Shown here in pieces: positions 8,041 to 19,806 of a stretch of DNA of 64,000 bases. The stretch comes from an uncultured Rhodospirillaceae bacterium. Its GTDB lineage: Bacteria > Pseudomonadota > Alphaproteobacteria > UBA9219. The notes beneath the pieces are model-generated. The model was not told where the DNA came from. It was given only the letters and a program-made list of their open reading frames with translations, and searched no databases. Positions within the stretch are counted from its first letter, which is position 1. Every line of letters starts with the position of its first letter. The stretch spans positions 64,372 to 128,371 of the forward strand of contig CAZPKC010000003.1 of assembly GCA_964587125.1 (NCBI GenBank), in the 5' to 3' direction. Both the position numbers and the translations under genes were made by a program.

Positions 8041-9714
8041 ATGCTCAACAATCTAAAAATAGGCAACCGTTTGATTCTTATCGTTATTGCAATGTTTGTC
8101 GGCATGGCTGCCATTGGAACTATTGGGTTGATTAATTTGAAAGACAATTTGCTTCGCGACCGCGAAGCTCAGACAAAAGTGACCGCAGAAACGGCGATCA
8201 GCATCGCCGATCATTATTATCAAAGTTTCCAAAAAGGCGAACTTACCGAAGACGAAGCGAAAAAGCGCGCGCTCGCGACGATTGGCGCCATGCGGTATGA
8301 TTCGACCAATTACGTCTTCGTTGTCGACAATACCGGCGTTTTTCTTGCGCATCCAAAATGGACCGGAGAAAATCATCTGGATGAAAAGGATGCAAACGGA
8401 GAACTTTTTGTCCGCCATTTTATCGACGCCGGAAAGCTGGGTGGTTCCTTCGGAACGTATATGTGGAAGCGCGATCCGCAAAAACCCGCCGTACCCAAAA
8501 TCAGCTATGTCGGCCCCTATGCCGCTTGGGGATGGAACGTCGGCACGGGGATTTATGTCGACGATATCGATTCCGAGTTTATGAGCAATGCTATGGTCGT
8601 GGGAGGCATCGCGTTTGCCCTTTTCCTTCTCATTGGCGGCGGCGCACTTGCGATCAGCCGAGGAATTACAAAGCCCTTAAGCGAAATTACCGACGGCATG
8701 GATAGACTTGCCGAGGGAGATAAGACCATTGTCGTTCACTACACGAAGAATAAAGATGAAATCGGCGACCTGGCGCGGGCGTTGGAAACCTTCAAAGCCA
8801 ATGCCATCAAGATGGAAGAATTGGAAAAAGAAGAAGCTTTACAGAAACAGCGCGCGGCCGAAGACCGGCATAAAATGATGAGCAAAATGGCCGATGACTT
8901 CGACAGCAGCGTCAAGGGGGTCGTCAATACCGTTTCCGCCGCAGCGACGGAAATGCAGAGCAGCGCCAAGTCGATGGCCGCAATCGCGGAGGAGACAAGC
9001 AAGCAGTCGTCGGCTGTTTCCGCCGCCGCCGAAGAGACTTCCACGAATATTCAAACCGTGGCAAGCGCCTCCGAAGAACTTAACGCCTCGATCGGCGAGA
9101 TCAACCGCCAGATTGGCGATTCCGTCAAAGTCGCGGCGGAGTGCATGACGGAAGCCGAATCCACGGGAAAAGTAATGCAGTCTCTCAGCAAGTCCGCCGA
9201 AGACGTTGGCAATGTCGTGAAACTGATCGAAGGCATCGCAAGCCAAGTCAACTTGCTCGCGCTCAATGCGACGATCGAAGCGGCCCGAGCCGGAGAAGCA
9301 GGCCGCGGATTCGCCGTGGTCGCCAACGAAGTAAAGAGTCTGGCCAATCAGGTCAGCCATGCCGCCAAAGACATTACGCAGCAGATCGGCGGAATTCAGG
9401 AACAAACGAGCCAAGCGGTAACGACGATCGAGACGATTACGGCGACCATCCGCCGCATCAACGAGATTTCGACGGCGATAGCCGCCGCTGTCGAAGAGCA
9501 AGGCACGGCCACCAAAGAAATATCGCGGAGCATTCAGGAAACGTCTTCGGGAACGAAAGAGGTCACGCGCAACATCACGGGCGTGACAAGGGCGGCTTCG
9601 GAAACAGGAACGGCGTCGACGCAGTTGCTCGATACCGCCGGCCAGTTGGCTCACGAGTCGGAGACTCTACGGCGCGTCGTTGACGATTTCATCGCGGGCA
9701 TTCGCAAAGGATAG
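8041..9714 (+). CDS. Methyl-accepting chemotaxis protein with a periplasmic sCache_2 sensor, HAMP and MCP signalling domains.
   Basis: RBS GAGGGAG precedes ATG 8041. The order is TM1, the sCache_2 hallmark YMW...[23 protein letters not shown]2, HAMP, then the methyl-accepting domain ([24 protein letters not shown]). Confidence 0.9.
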   Translation: MLNNLKIGNRLILIVIAMFVGMAAIGTIGLINLKDNLLRDREAQTKVTAETAISIADHYYQSFQKGELTEDEAKKRALATIGAMRYDSTNYVFVVDNTGVFLAHPKWTGENHLDEKDANGELFVRHFIDAGKLGGSFGTYMWKRDPQKPAVPKISYVGPYAAWGWNVGTGIYVDDIDSEFMSNAMVVGGIAFALFLLIGGGALAISRGITKPLSEITDGMDRLAEGDKTIVVHYTKNKDEIGDLARALETFKANAIKMEELEKEEALQKQRAAEDRHKMMSKMADDFDSSVKGVVNTVSAAATEMQSSAKSMAAIAEETSKQSSAVSAAAEETSTNIQTVASASEELNASIGEINRQIGDSVKVAAECMTEAESTGKVMQSLSKSAEDVGNVVKLIEGIASQVNLLALNATIEAARAGEAGRGFAVVANEVKSLANQVSHAAKDITQQIGGIQEQTSQAVTTIETITATIRRINEISTAIAAAVEEQGTATKEISRSIQETSSGTKEVTRNITGVTRAASETGTASTQLLDTAGQLAHESETLRRVVDDFIAGIRKG

Positions 9715-9719
9715 AGGTT

Positions 9720-12700
9720 TTATGCCGCTAACGCGGCTAATTCGTTGAGCATTGTCTTGACGCCTTCCAATCGCCGCGCGGGATCGTCCCACGCCCGCAT
9801 AATGACAATTTTTTGATCGGGACGCACCATAACCGTGCCAGCGTTCTTGCTGATCCATGCCATCAGGCGTTCGGGACGCGCAAAGGTGTCCTTATAAAGC
9901 GCGATAAGGACGCCCTTGGCTGCGGCGTCGATTTTGGCGACGCCTGCTCTGCGGCAAATCTGCTTGATCGCCACGGTTTGAAGAAGGTTTTCGAGCTCGA
10001 ACGGCAAGGGGCCGAAGCGATCGATAATTTCCGCAGCCAAAGATTCGATTTCGGCATCGTTCTCTATATCTGCCAAGCGGCGGTAAAGGCCGAGCCTTAC
10101 GTTCAGATCGACGACGTAAGTATCGGGAATGAGCACCGACAACCCCAAATTGATTTGCGGTGTCCATCTGTCCGGCGCTCCGTTATCGCCGCCGCCCGCG
10201 CGCGCCGCCGCAACGGCGTCTTCCAGCATTTGCTGATAAAGTTCGACGCCCACTTCGCGCACATGTCCCGACTGTTCTTCGCCGAGCAAGTTTCCGGCGC
10301 CGCGAATATCCATATCGTGGCTCGCGAGCTGAAATCCCGCTCCGAGTTGTTCCAGCGTTTCGATGACCTCAAGCCGCTGTTGCGCCGCTTTCGACAGCGC
10401 CTTGGCCGGATCGTAGGTCAAATACGCATAGCCGCGCAGTTTGCCGCGCCCTACCCGTCCGCGAAGTTGATACAGTCCCGCTAAACCGAAACGATCCGCG
10501 CGATGCAAAATTATGGTGTTCGCGTTCGGAATATCGAGGCCGGATTCGACGATATTCGTAGCACACAAAACGTCGAACTGCCGCGCATCGAAAGCGGTCA
10601 TAATGTCTTCCAGACGCGCAGCGCTCATGCCCCCGTGCGCGCTGACGATTTTGACTTCGGGGACCAGATCATGCAGCTTTTCCGCGACGCCCGCCAAGTC
10701 CTCGACATAAGGGCAGACGTAGAAAGACTGTCCTCCCCTATAATGCTCGCGCATGATCGCCTCGCGGATCACCAAAGGATCGTATGGCAAAACGAACGTC
10801 CGCACCGCAAGCCGATCAAGCGGCGGCGTGGCGATAAGGCTTAGTTCGCGCACACCCGACAGGGCCAGTTGAAGCGTGCGCGGAATGGGCGTCGCGGTAA
10901 GAGTCAGCACATGGACTTCCGCGCGAAGTTCCTTAAGGCGCTCTTTCTGCTTCACGCCAAAGTGTTGTTCTTCGTCGATGATCATAAGTCCGAGCGAACG
11001 AAAAACGACATCCGCGCCCAAAAGGGCGTGCGTGCCGATGACAATATCGACGCGGCCTTCTTTCATGTCTTCTTTCGTGCGTTTGGAGTCGGTTGCCGCG
11101 ACCATGCGAGACAACTGCGCAATGCGTATGGGAAAACCCCGAAAACGTTCGGTGAAAACGTTAAAATGCTGGCGCGCGAGAAGCGTCGTCGGGACGACGA
11201 CCGCGACTTGCAGCCCCGCCTGCACGACGGCGAAAGCCGCGCGCAACGCGACTTCCGTTTTGCCAAATCCCACATCGCCGCACAGAAGCCTATCCATCGG
11301 CTTGCCGCTCGAAAGATCGGCGAAGACCTCGGCAATGGCGCGTTCCTGATCTTCGGTTTCGGCGTAAGGAAACCGCGCCGCGAATTCCTGATAGGCGCCA
11401 TCCGGAATTTCAATAATTTCTCCCTTTTTAATCTCTCGTTCGGCGGCGATTTTCATCAAAGCGTCGGCCATGTCCTTCAGGCGCTTTTTAACGCGCGATT
11501 TTCTCTGCTGCCAGCCTAGTCCGCCAAGTCTGTCCAAAACAGCGCCGGATTCCGCGCCTCCGTAGCGCGTCAGAAGATCGAGATTTTCGACCGGAACGAA
11601 CAGCTTGTCGCCCCCGTCATACGTAAGCTTGACGCAATCGTGAGAGAGCCCGAGGACGACGACGGTTTCCAACCCTTCGTATCGACCGATGCCGTGTTCC
11701 GAATGGACGACAAAATCGCCAGGATTGAGCGAACCAAGTTCGAGTTGAAATTGCTTTGCGGCGCGGCGGGGACGGGGCGGACGCATAAGACGATCGCCGA
11801 GTATGTCCTGCTCGGTAATGACGGCAAGGTCCGGCGAAACAAACCCGTGTTCCAAGCCTAAAACGATCAACGCGACGAGTTTCGTGTCGAGCTTTCGCAA
11901 GGATTCGTACGTGGAAACTTGCGTTTGGGCCGAGATGCCATGCGTACGAAGCAGCCCCGCAAGACGGTCCGCGGAACCTTGGCTATAACAGGCAAGCGCA
12001 ACGCGTCGGTTTTGTTTTTGCTGACCCAAAATGGTGGCTTGAAGTTCCGCATAAAGATCGCTTTCTTGTTGCGCGAGGCGGGCGGACGCGAAATCGCGCC
12101 CGCGCATGCCCTGACAATCAAGCGTCAACGGATCAGCCGCTCCGAAAGGCGAAAAAGTCGCAACGGCCCTGCCCTCAAGCGCTTTATCAAGATCGGCCCT
12201 GGACAGGAACAAACTTTCCACAGGCGCTGGTTTATAAGGAATGTTGCCGTCTTTTTTCTTCGCGCGTTTGGCGGCCTGATATAACGAAAGACGCGCCTGA
12301 TAAAAATCGTCGATCTGTTGAAAGCGCGACGTTATCGCTTCGGACGATTGATGTTCGAAAACCACGACGGCTTCGGGCAAATAATCGAACAGGCTGAATA
12401 AACGCGGATAGAAAAGCCCGAGCCAATGCTCCATTCCCGGAAATCTCGCGCCCTGCGTCACGGATTCATAAAGCGCGTCGCCTTCCGTCACCGCGCCGAA
12501 CAACGCGCGATACGCGGAACGGAAATGCGCGATCGACGCTTCGTTGAGAATGACTTCCGCGCTCGGCCCCAGATGAAAGCTGTCTATTTTGTCGGTCGTC
12601 GTCTGCGTCAAGGGGTCGAAAACGCGGATACTGTCTATGTCATCGCCGAAATAATCGAGGCGCAAAGGCGCGCCGTATGCGGGCGGAAACAAATCGACAA

Positions 12701-13205
12701 TGCCGCCGCGCACGGCGAATTCGCCCGCCTCGCGGACTGTTCCTGCGTTCACATAGCCATTCTGCGTCAGAAAGTTGCGTAATTTTTCGACCGGAAGCGC
12801 GTCTCCGATGGCGGCATTAAGACTGGCCTGCTCCAGCACATCCGGCGGCAATGTTTTTTGCATTATGGCGTTTATCGTCGCGATGACAATGCAGGGTTGT
12901 TTAAAATCCTTCCGCAATCGGCTCAGCGCCGCAATCCTTTGACCGACGATATCCGTGTGGGGCGACACGCGGTCATAAGGCAGGCAATCCCAGGAAGGAA
13001 ACGGCACGATTTCGCAATTCGGCGCGAAAAACGCCAAAGCATCGGCCAACACTCCTGCCCGTGTATCGTCCTGCGCCACGTAAAGGATGGGCTTACCCGC
13101 GCTGCGTATCGCAATTTCAGCAAGCACGCGCGCGTCATGTCCTTCGGGCGCTCCGGCAAGCGTCACACGGCCTTTTTGTTCAAGATTCCAGTCGGCGGTA
13201 AACAT
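9720..13205 (-). CDS. mfd: Transcription-repair coupling factor.
   Basis: The protein is 1161 aa with a UvrB-homology N-terminus, an RNAP-interacting domain, DEAD/DEAH helicase motifs (GDVGFGKTEVALRAAF, DEEQHFG) and a TRCF C-terminal domain. Confidence 0.95.
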   Translation of the reverse strand: MFTADWNLEQKGRVTLAGAPEGHDARVLAEIAIRSAGKPILYVAQDDTRAGVLADALAFFAPNCEIVPFPSWDCLPYDRVSPHTDIVGQRIAALSRLRKDFKQPCIVIATINAIMQKTLPPDVLEQASLNAAIGDALPVEKLRNFLTQNGYVNAGTVREAGEFAVRGGIVDLFPPAYGAPLRLDYFGDDIDSIRVFDPLTQTTTDKIDSFHLGPSAEVILNEASIAHFRSAYRALFGAVTEGDALYESVTQGARFPGMEHWLGLFYPRLFSLFDYLPEAVVVFEHQSSEAITSRFQQIDDFYQARLSLYQAAKRAKKKDGNIPYKPAPVESLFLSRADLDKALEGRAVATFSPFGAADPLTLDCQGMRGRDFASARLAQQESDLYAELQATILGQQKQNRRVALACYSQGSADRLAGLLRTHGISAQTQVSTYESLRKLDTKLVALIVLGLEHGFVSPDLAVITEQDILGDRLMRPPRPRRAAKQFQLELGSLNPGDFVVHSEHGIGRYEGLETVVVLGLSHDCVKLTYDGGDKLFVPVENLDLLTRYGGAESGAVLDRLGGLGWQQRKSRVKKRLKDMADALMKIAAEREIKKGEIIEIPDGAYQEFAARFPYAETEDQERAIAEVFADLSSGKPMDRLLCGDVGFGKTEVALRAAFAVVQAGLQVAVVVPTTLLARQHFNVFTERFRGFPIRIAQLSRMVAATDSKRTKEDMKEGRVDIVIGTHALLGADVVFRSLGLMIIDEEQHFGVKQKERLKELRAEVHVLTLTATPIPRTLQLALSGVRELSLIATPPLDRLAVRTFVLPYDPLVIREAIMREHYRGGQSFYVCPYVEDLAGVAEKLHDLVPEVKIVSAHGGMSAARLEDIMTAFDARQFDVLCATNIVESGLDIPNANTIILHRADRFGLAGLYQLRGRVGRGKLRGYAYLTYDPAKALSKAAQQRLEVIETLEQLGAGFQLASHDMDIRGAGNLLGEEQSGHVREVGVELYQQMLEDAVAAARAGGGDNGAPDRWTPQINLGLSVLIPDTYVVDLNVRLGLYRRLADIENDAEIESLAAEIIDRFGPLPFELENLLQTVAIKQICRRAGVAKIDAAAKGVLIALYKDTFARPERLMAWISKNAGTVMVRPDQKIVIMRAWDDPARRLEGVKTMLNELAALAA

Positions 13206-13252
13206 AAGGCGGAGACCTTCGCCCTTTTAACTTAAAACATCAAGGTATCTAG

Positions 13253-13270
13253 TTATCCACGTTATCCACA
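13253..13270. promoter_or_regulatory. Tandem DnaA boxes (TTATCCACg then TTATCCACA) in the mfd/dnaB divergent promoter region.
   Basis: The sequence is GTTATCCACGTTATCCACAGG. The second box is a perfect 9-mer DnaA-box consensus and the first matches 8 of 9 positions. Confidence 0.55.
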
Positions 13271-13327
13271 GGCAATAGCATATATTTATCTGTAACTTCG
13301 GGCGGTTCATCTGATAGCATCCTTCTC

Positions 13328-14833
13328 ATGCCCGACCCTATCAACCTTCCCGCCTTGCGCGCCGTTACCGCTAATGACGCGATCGGCGCCGTCCGCACGC
13401 CCCCGCATAACATCGAGGCCGAACAGGCTTTGCTGGGCGTCTTGCTTGTCAACAATATCGTCTATGAAAAAGTCGGCGAGATTTTGGAACCCGATCATTT
13501 TTACGATCCCGTTCACGGGCGCATCTACGGCGCGATCGCGACGCTTATCAATCGCGGGCAAATCGCCGATCCCAAAACGCTGCGCGGCTTGTTCGACAAC
13601 GATCCCGCATTGACGGCAGTCGGCGGAGCCAATTATCTGGTCGATCTGGCCGCCAATGTCGTCACGATTTTCAATTCCGAGGATTACGCGCATCTGATCC
13701 GCGATCTGCATCTGCGCCGCCAGTTGATAACGCTCGGCACCGATGTCGTGAACGAGGCGTTTCAGCACGATCTCGACAAGCCTGCGACCTCGCAGATCGA
13801 ATCCGCCGAAGCCAAATTGTTCGAACTGGCGCGCACGGGCGAAACCGACCGCGGATTCGTCAAGCTGGAAAAGGCGCTCATCACCTCGATCAAGCTTGCC
13901 GAAGAAGCGCACAGGCGCGACAACCACATCACCGGAGTCACGACGGGATTCACCGAAATCGACCGCAAGATGGGCGGATTGCAGCGTTCCGATCTGGTCA
14001 TCATCGCGGGACGCCCGTCGATGGGCAAAACCGCTTTGGCCACGAATATGGCTTTCAACGCCGCGCACGCTTTTTTCAAAAGCGAAGGGCGCGAGGGTTC
14101 TCCGGCGGCGTTTTTCTCGCTTGAAATGTCGAGCGAACAATTGGCGACGCGCTTGCTCGGCGATTTTTCGAGCGTCCCTTCCGATAAAATCCGCCGAGGC
14201 GAGATCAAGACCGAAGATTTCACCAAATTCGTCGAAGCTTCGCAAACTTTGTCGCGCGTGCCGCTTTATATCGACGATACGCCGGGATTATCGGTCGCCG
14301 CCTTGCGCACGCGCGCGCGGCGCCTCAAACGCATGGTTCCCCAACTGGGACTGGTCATTATCGATTACTTGCAACTGTTGCGCGGAACGGGAACGCGGCG
14401 CGAAGACAACCGCGTTCAGGAAGTTTCGGAAATCACGCGCGGACTGAAGGCGCTCGCGAAAGAGCTGGATATCCCCGTACTTGCGCTGTCGCAGCTTTCG
14501 CGCGCGGTCGAAATGCGCGAGGACAAGACGCCCCAGTTGGCCGATTTGCGCGAATCCGGCTCCATCGAACAGGACGCCGATGTGGTCATGTTCGTGTACC
14601 GCGAGGAATATTATCACGCGCGCTCAGAACCGACGCGCAGGCAGGACGAAGACGAAAGCAAATTCAACGACCGTTACAGCCGCTGGATGCAGCGCGGCGA
14701 AGAAGTCAACAACATCGCGGAAATCGTCATCGCCAAACAGCGCCACGGCCCCATCGGCACGATCAAGCTGCACTTCGACGGGCAGTTTACGAGGTTCTCG
14801 AATTTGGAAAAACGGTTTGACGAGCAGGGATAA
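13328..14833 (+). CDS. dnaB: Replicative DNA helicase.
   Basis: The DnaB N-terminal domain (PPHNIEAEQALLGVLL) is followed by the RecA-like domain with Walker A GRPSMGKT, Walker B LVIIDYLQL and the DLRESGSIEQDADVV motif. Confidence 0.95.
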   Translation: MPDPINLPALRAVTANDAIGAVRTPPHNIEAEQALLGVLLVNNIVYEKVGEILEPDHFYDPVHGRIYGAIATLINRGQIADPKTLRGLFDNDPALTAVGGANYLVDLAANVVTIFNSEDYAHLIRDLHLRRQLITLGTDVVNEAFQHDLDKPATSQIESAEAKLFELARTGETDRGFVKLEKALITSIKLAEEAHRRDNHITGVTTGFTEIDRKMGGLQRSDLVIIAGRPSMGKTALATNMAFNAAHAFFKSEGREGSPAAFFSLEMSSEQLATRLLGDFSSVPSDKIRRGEIKTEDFTKFVEASQTLSRVPLYIDDTPGLSVAALRTRARRLKRMVPQLGLVIIDYLQLLRGTGTRREDNRVQEVSEITRGLKALAKELDIPVLALSQLSRAVEMREDKTPQLADLRESGSIEQDADVVMFVYREEYYHARSEPTRRQDEDESKFNDRYSRWMQRGEEVNNIAEIVIAKQRHGPIGTIKLHFDGQFTRFSNLEKRFDEQG

Positions 14834-14856
14834 GTTTTTCCCATGAAGAAGGCTCT

Positions 14857-15267
14857 TTATACGACTTTAAAATCCTCGGAATCGAAGGCGCTATAATACC
14901 TTCCGTTTTGGGCCGTGAATTTGAGAACGGAGTAATCGGAATCGGTCACGCCTTTCGGGTAATATATCTCGTCGCCTTCGCGCCAAATTTTCTTCTTCGA
15001 GATTTTGTCCCTCAGGACTTTCATTTTGCCCGTCAGAAGGACTCCTTCGTTCTCGCTGAAGAAGTACACGCACGCTTTCGGATTCTTCAGATACCGCTTC
15101 GTCGCTTTCGAGGACGCGTTCGTCGAAAAGAAAAAACGCCTGAGCCCTTCCCTTTTCCTGAGTTGCATGGCTTTCGCGTGGGGAAAACCCTTCCCGTCCA
15201 CGGAAGCGATAATGGAAACGTTCGACTTGTCGATAAAAGCGGCGACGGCTTTGTTTGCGCTTTTCAT
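14857..15267 (-). CDS. Pyridoxamine 5'-phosphate oxidase-like FMN-binding protein of the general stress protein 26 family.
   Basis: Size and the split-barrel pattern fit the family. This is a low-specificity family call. Confidence 0.5.
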   Translation of the reverse strand: MKSANKAVAAFIDKSNVSIIASVDGKGFPHAKAMQLRKREGLRRFFFSTNASSKATKRYLKNPKACVYFFSENEGVLLTGKMKVLRDKISKKKIWREGDEIYYPKGVTDSDYSVLKFTAQNGRYYSAFDSEDFKVV

Positions 15268-15273
15268 GGCGCT

Positions 15274-15648
15274 TTATTTCTTTTTTCTTGTAAACGCCGC
15301 GGCGAGTTTCCGCATTGTCGAGGCTTGGCGCTCGGTGGATTTCGGCGGAGGAACTGCCGGGTTTTGGCGCCTGTCCGTCGGAAGGCGCGTCGAGGTTATG
15401 ATATCGCTGATCGCCGTGCGCGAGAATTTTTCGGAGGAAACGTCTTCCGGTTCGCCTTCGGCGGACAAGCGTAAGTAATGGTCGATATGCCCCGTCGCTA
15501 TTGCCTTAAGATGCGGCTTGGTCATCGCCAGAAGCAAAGCGGGATCGCGCACCGCCCACGTGATAAGAAGTTTATGGGCGTCATGCCTGTTTTGACCGGC
15601 TGCAGCCAACGCTTCCTTGATTTTGGCGCGCATAAGGCTTTCCGACAT
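15274..15648 (-). CDS. Conserved hypothetical protein (124 aa, basic C-terminal tail), apparently co-transcribed downstream of clpX.
   Basis: An ORF with a good ATG lies 20 nt after the clpX stop. I recognise no domain. Confidence 0.5.
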   Translation of the reverse strand: MSESLMRAKIKEALAAAGQNRHDAHKLLITWAVRDPALLLAMTKPHLKAIATGHIDHYLRLSAEGEPEDVSSEKFSRTAISDIITSTRLPTDRRQNPAVPPPKSTERQASTMRKLAAAFTRKKK

Positions 15649-15667
15649 AGATGCCTCCCTTTCTTAA

Positions 15668-16942
15668 TTACGCTTTGGCCGCGGTCATGGGCGCGGCATC
15701 GCGTTTTTCGCCGTGAACGTAGATCGGCTTCGATTTGCCCTCGACGACATCCTTGGTAATAAGGACTTTTTCTACGTCGGTCGTTCCGGGAAGCTCGTAC
15801 ATGGAATCGAGAAGGACGGCTTCCATAATCGACCGAAGGCCGCGCGCGCCCGTTTTGCGGTCAATGGCCTTGACGGCGATGGCCTTCAAAGCATCGTTAT
15901 CGACTTCGAGCTTGATGTCCTCCATTTCGAACAAGCGCTGGAATTGCTTGACGAGCGCGTTTTTGGGCGTTGTCAGAATGTCGATCAACGCCGCTTCGTC
16001 GAGATCGGTCAATGTCGCAATCACCGGCAAGCGTCCTATAAATTCGGGAATCAAGCCGAATTTCAGCAAATCTTCCGGCTCCGTTCCTTGCAAAATGTCG
16101 CCCGTGCGGCGTTCGTCCGGCCCGCGCACGTCCGCGCCGAATCCGATCGAGCTGCCGCGACCGCGAGCGGAAATGATCTTCTCAAGGCCCGAAAACGCGC
16201 CGCCGCAGATGAACAAAATGTTGGTCGTATCGACTTGCAGAAATTCCTGCTGCGGGTGCTTCCGGCCGCCTTGCGGGGGCACGGACGCTATCGTCCCTTC
16301 CATTAATTTCAGCAAAGCCTGCTGCACGCCTTCGCCCGACACGTCGCGCGTAATCGAGGGATTGTCAGATTTGCGGCTGATTTTGTCGATTTCGTCGATG
16401 TAGACTATCCCGCGCTGCGTGCGCTCGACGTTGTAATCGGCGGCTTGAAGCAATTTAAGAATGATGTTTTCGACGTCTTCGCCGACATAGCCCGCTTCGG
16501 TCAGCGTCGTCGCATCGGCCATCGTGAACGGCACGTCGATGATGCGCGCCAGCGTTTGAGCGAGAAGCGTTTTGCCGCAGCCGGTAGGTCCCACAAGCAA
16601 AATATTCGACTTCGCCAACTCGACATCCGAAGAGCGGGCGCTGTGCGCAAGGCGCTTGTAATGGTTATGCACTGCCACCGACAAGACGCGCTTGGCATGG
16701 TCCTGCCCGATCACATAATCGTTGAGGATCGCCATAATGTCTTTCGGCGACGGAACGCCTTCCTTGGATTTGGCGAGCGTCGTCTTGCTTTCCTCGCGGA
16801 TGATGTCCATGCACAATTCGACGCATTCGTCGCAGATGAAAACGGTCGGGCCCGCGATCAGCTTGCGCACCTCGTGCTGGCTCTTTCCGCAGAAAGAGCA
16901 GTAAAGCGTGTTCTTAGGGTCTGTGTTCGTGGGTTTTGTCAT
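15668..16942 (-). CDS. clpX: ATP-dependent Clp protease ATP-binding subunit ClpX.
   Basis: An N-terminal C4 zinc finger (CSFCGKS...CDEC), the AAA+ Walker A GPTGCGKT and the GYVG pore loop are all present. Confidence 0.95.
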   Translation of the reverse strand: MTKPTNTDPKNTLYCSFCGKSQHEVRKLIAGPTVFICDECVELCMDIIREESKTTLAKSKEGVPSPKDIMAILNDYVIGQDHAKRVLSVAVHNHYKRLAHSARSSDVELAKSNILLVGPTGCGKTLLAQTLARIIDVPFTMADATTLTEAGYVGEDVENIILKLLQAADYNVERTQRGIVYIDEIDKISRKSDNPSITRDVSGEGVQQALLKLMEGTIASVPPQGGRKHPQQEFLQVDTTNILFICGGAFSGLEKIISARGRGSSIGFGADVRGPDERRTGDILQGTEPEDLLKFGLIPEFIGRLPVIATLTDLDEAALIDILTTPKNALVKQFQRLFEMEDIKLEVDNDALKAIAVKAIDRKTGARGLRSIMEAVLLDSMYELPGTTDVEKVLITKDVVEGKSKPIYVHGEKRDAAPMTAAKA

Positions 16943-17006
16943 GGAACTCTCTTCATCGTGACGATACCTGCGATTAGCACTTTAAAAACCATTCGTTACC
17001 ATACCC

Positions 17007-17660
17007 TTAAACTGCCTTCTTTTCGTTTTCGGCGGTGTCGGGGCGCTTGGAAACGACTTCGTCGATCAAACCGAAGGCCTTAGCCTCTTCCCCGGACATG
17101 AAATTGTCGCGGTCGACGGCGGCGGCAATTTTTTCGATCGGCTGTTTACAATGGCGGACGTAGATTTCATTCAATCTCTGGCGCATTTTAAGGATTTCGC
17201 GCGCCTGAATTTCGATGTCCGCCGCCTGCCCTTGAGCGCCCCCCGAAGGCTGATGGATCATAATGCGGCTGTTGGGAAGCGCAAAACGCTTGCCCGCTTC
17301 GCCGCCCGCCAGAAGCAACGACCCCATTGAGCAAGCCTGGCCGATACATACGGTCGAAACGGGCGATTTGATATATTGCATCGTATCGTAGATCGCGAGG
17401 CCTGAGGAAATAACGCCGCCCGGAGAGTTAATATAGAAGGAGATTTCCTTGGCAGGATTTTCCGATTCTAAAAACAGCAACTGAGCGCAAACGAGGCTGG
17501 AAACATGATCTTCGACTTCGCCGACCAGAAAAACGATGCGTTCCTTAAGCAAACGCGAATAGATATCGAACGAGCGTTCGCCGCGCGAGGTCTGCTCGAT
17601 CACGATCGGAACGAGCATATTATCAAACGTCTCTAGGGGATGGCGTTCGTGGGTCGGCAT
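17007..17660 (-). CDS. clpP: ATP-dependent Clp protease proteolytic subunit.
   Basis: The catalytic triad context ([11 protein letters not shown]) is present. The start is assigned to ATG 17660, which has an AGGAG RBS; the longer ORF-track start at 17768 lacks an RBS. Confidence 0.9.
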   Translation of the reverse strand: MPTHERHPLETFDNMLVPIVIEQTSRGERSFDIYSRLLKERIVFLVGEVEDHVSSLVCAQLLFLESENPAKEISFYINSPGGVISSGLAIYDTMQYIKSPVSTVCIGQACSMGSLLLAGGEAGKRFALPNSRIMIHQPSGGAQGQAADIEIQAREILKMRQRLNEIYVRHCKQPIEKIAAAVDRDNFMSGEEAKAFGLIDEVVSKRPDTAENEKKAV

Positions 17661-17810
17661 TGGGGGAACTCCTCTAAAAAAGCGCTGCAGAAGGATTCTT
17701 TCGATAGCAAGCGACTTTAGCGCATTAAATGCACCGTTTGCAAGGGATGGATAACGCGCTAGACTCAATATATAGTCCCTTTTTGGGGGGATTCTTTAAA
17801 TGGCAAAAGA

Positions 17811-18266
17811 ATGATCGAGCATCTTGTCTGGCTGTTTTCCGCTTTCATGGTGATTGTAACCGTGACCGTGCATTACGAGGTCATGACGGTCGTTTCCGAC
17901 AAAGTCATTCCGTGGGCGCAAAAACACGTCCACTCGCGCCGCGTTATGGCTTATGGAATTGCCGGACTTTTGGCCGGGCATATTACCGAGATAGGGTTGT
18001 TCGCTATCGTGACAAAAATTCTGGTATATTTCCCCATGTTCGGCTCGGTTCAGGGCGGCGTGGACTACGGATGGGGGGATTTCCTTTATCTCTCGGCCGT
18101 CAATTATACGTCCCTTGGCGACAACATCCTTCATCTGGTCGGCCCCGCCCGCGCAATCGCCGCCTGCGAATCCTTGGCGGGCATGATGATGATCGCGTGG
18201 TCGGCCTCGTTCGCCTACCTGAAGATGGAAATGATCTGGGAACGGCGCAGGGCAAGAAGGGATTAG
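17811..18266 (+). CDS. Small two-TM ion-channel-like membrane protein (Ion_trans_2-like) with a degenerate selectivity filter.
   Basis: The architecture is TM1, pore helix, YTSLGDN, TM2. The filter TSLGDN stands in place of the canonical TxGYGD K+ signature. Confidence 0.55.
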   Translation: MIEHLVWLFSAFMVIVTVTVHYEVMTVVSDKVIPWAQKHVHSRRVMAYGIAGLLAGHITEIGLFAIVTKILVYFPMFGSVQGGVDYGWGDFLYLSAVNYTSLGDNILHLVGPARAIAACESLAGMMMIAWSASFAYLKMEMIWERRRARRD

Positions 18267-18270
18267 CCTT

Positions 18271-19737
<1,467 letters not shown>

Positions 19738-19806
19738 AATTTTCGTTCTAAACCCCTTGTGCTTCCCAAATGCGCCTCAAATATAGCCTAAGAACAAGTC
19801 GCGACG

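Noticed and set aside
17661-17810. A sigma-32-like heat-shock promoter upstream of clpP (CTTGCAAA...).
   Set aside because: Only the -35-like hexamer matches. There is no convincing -10 element at the right spacing.
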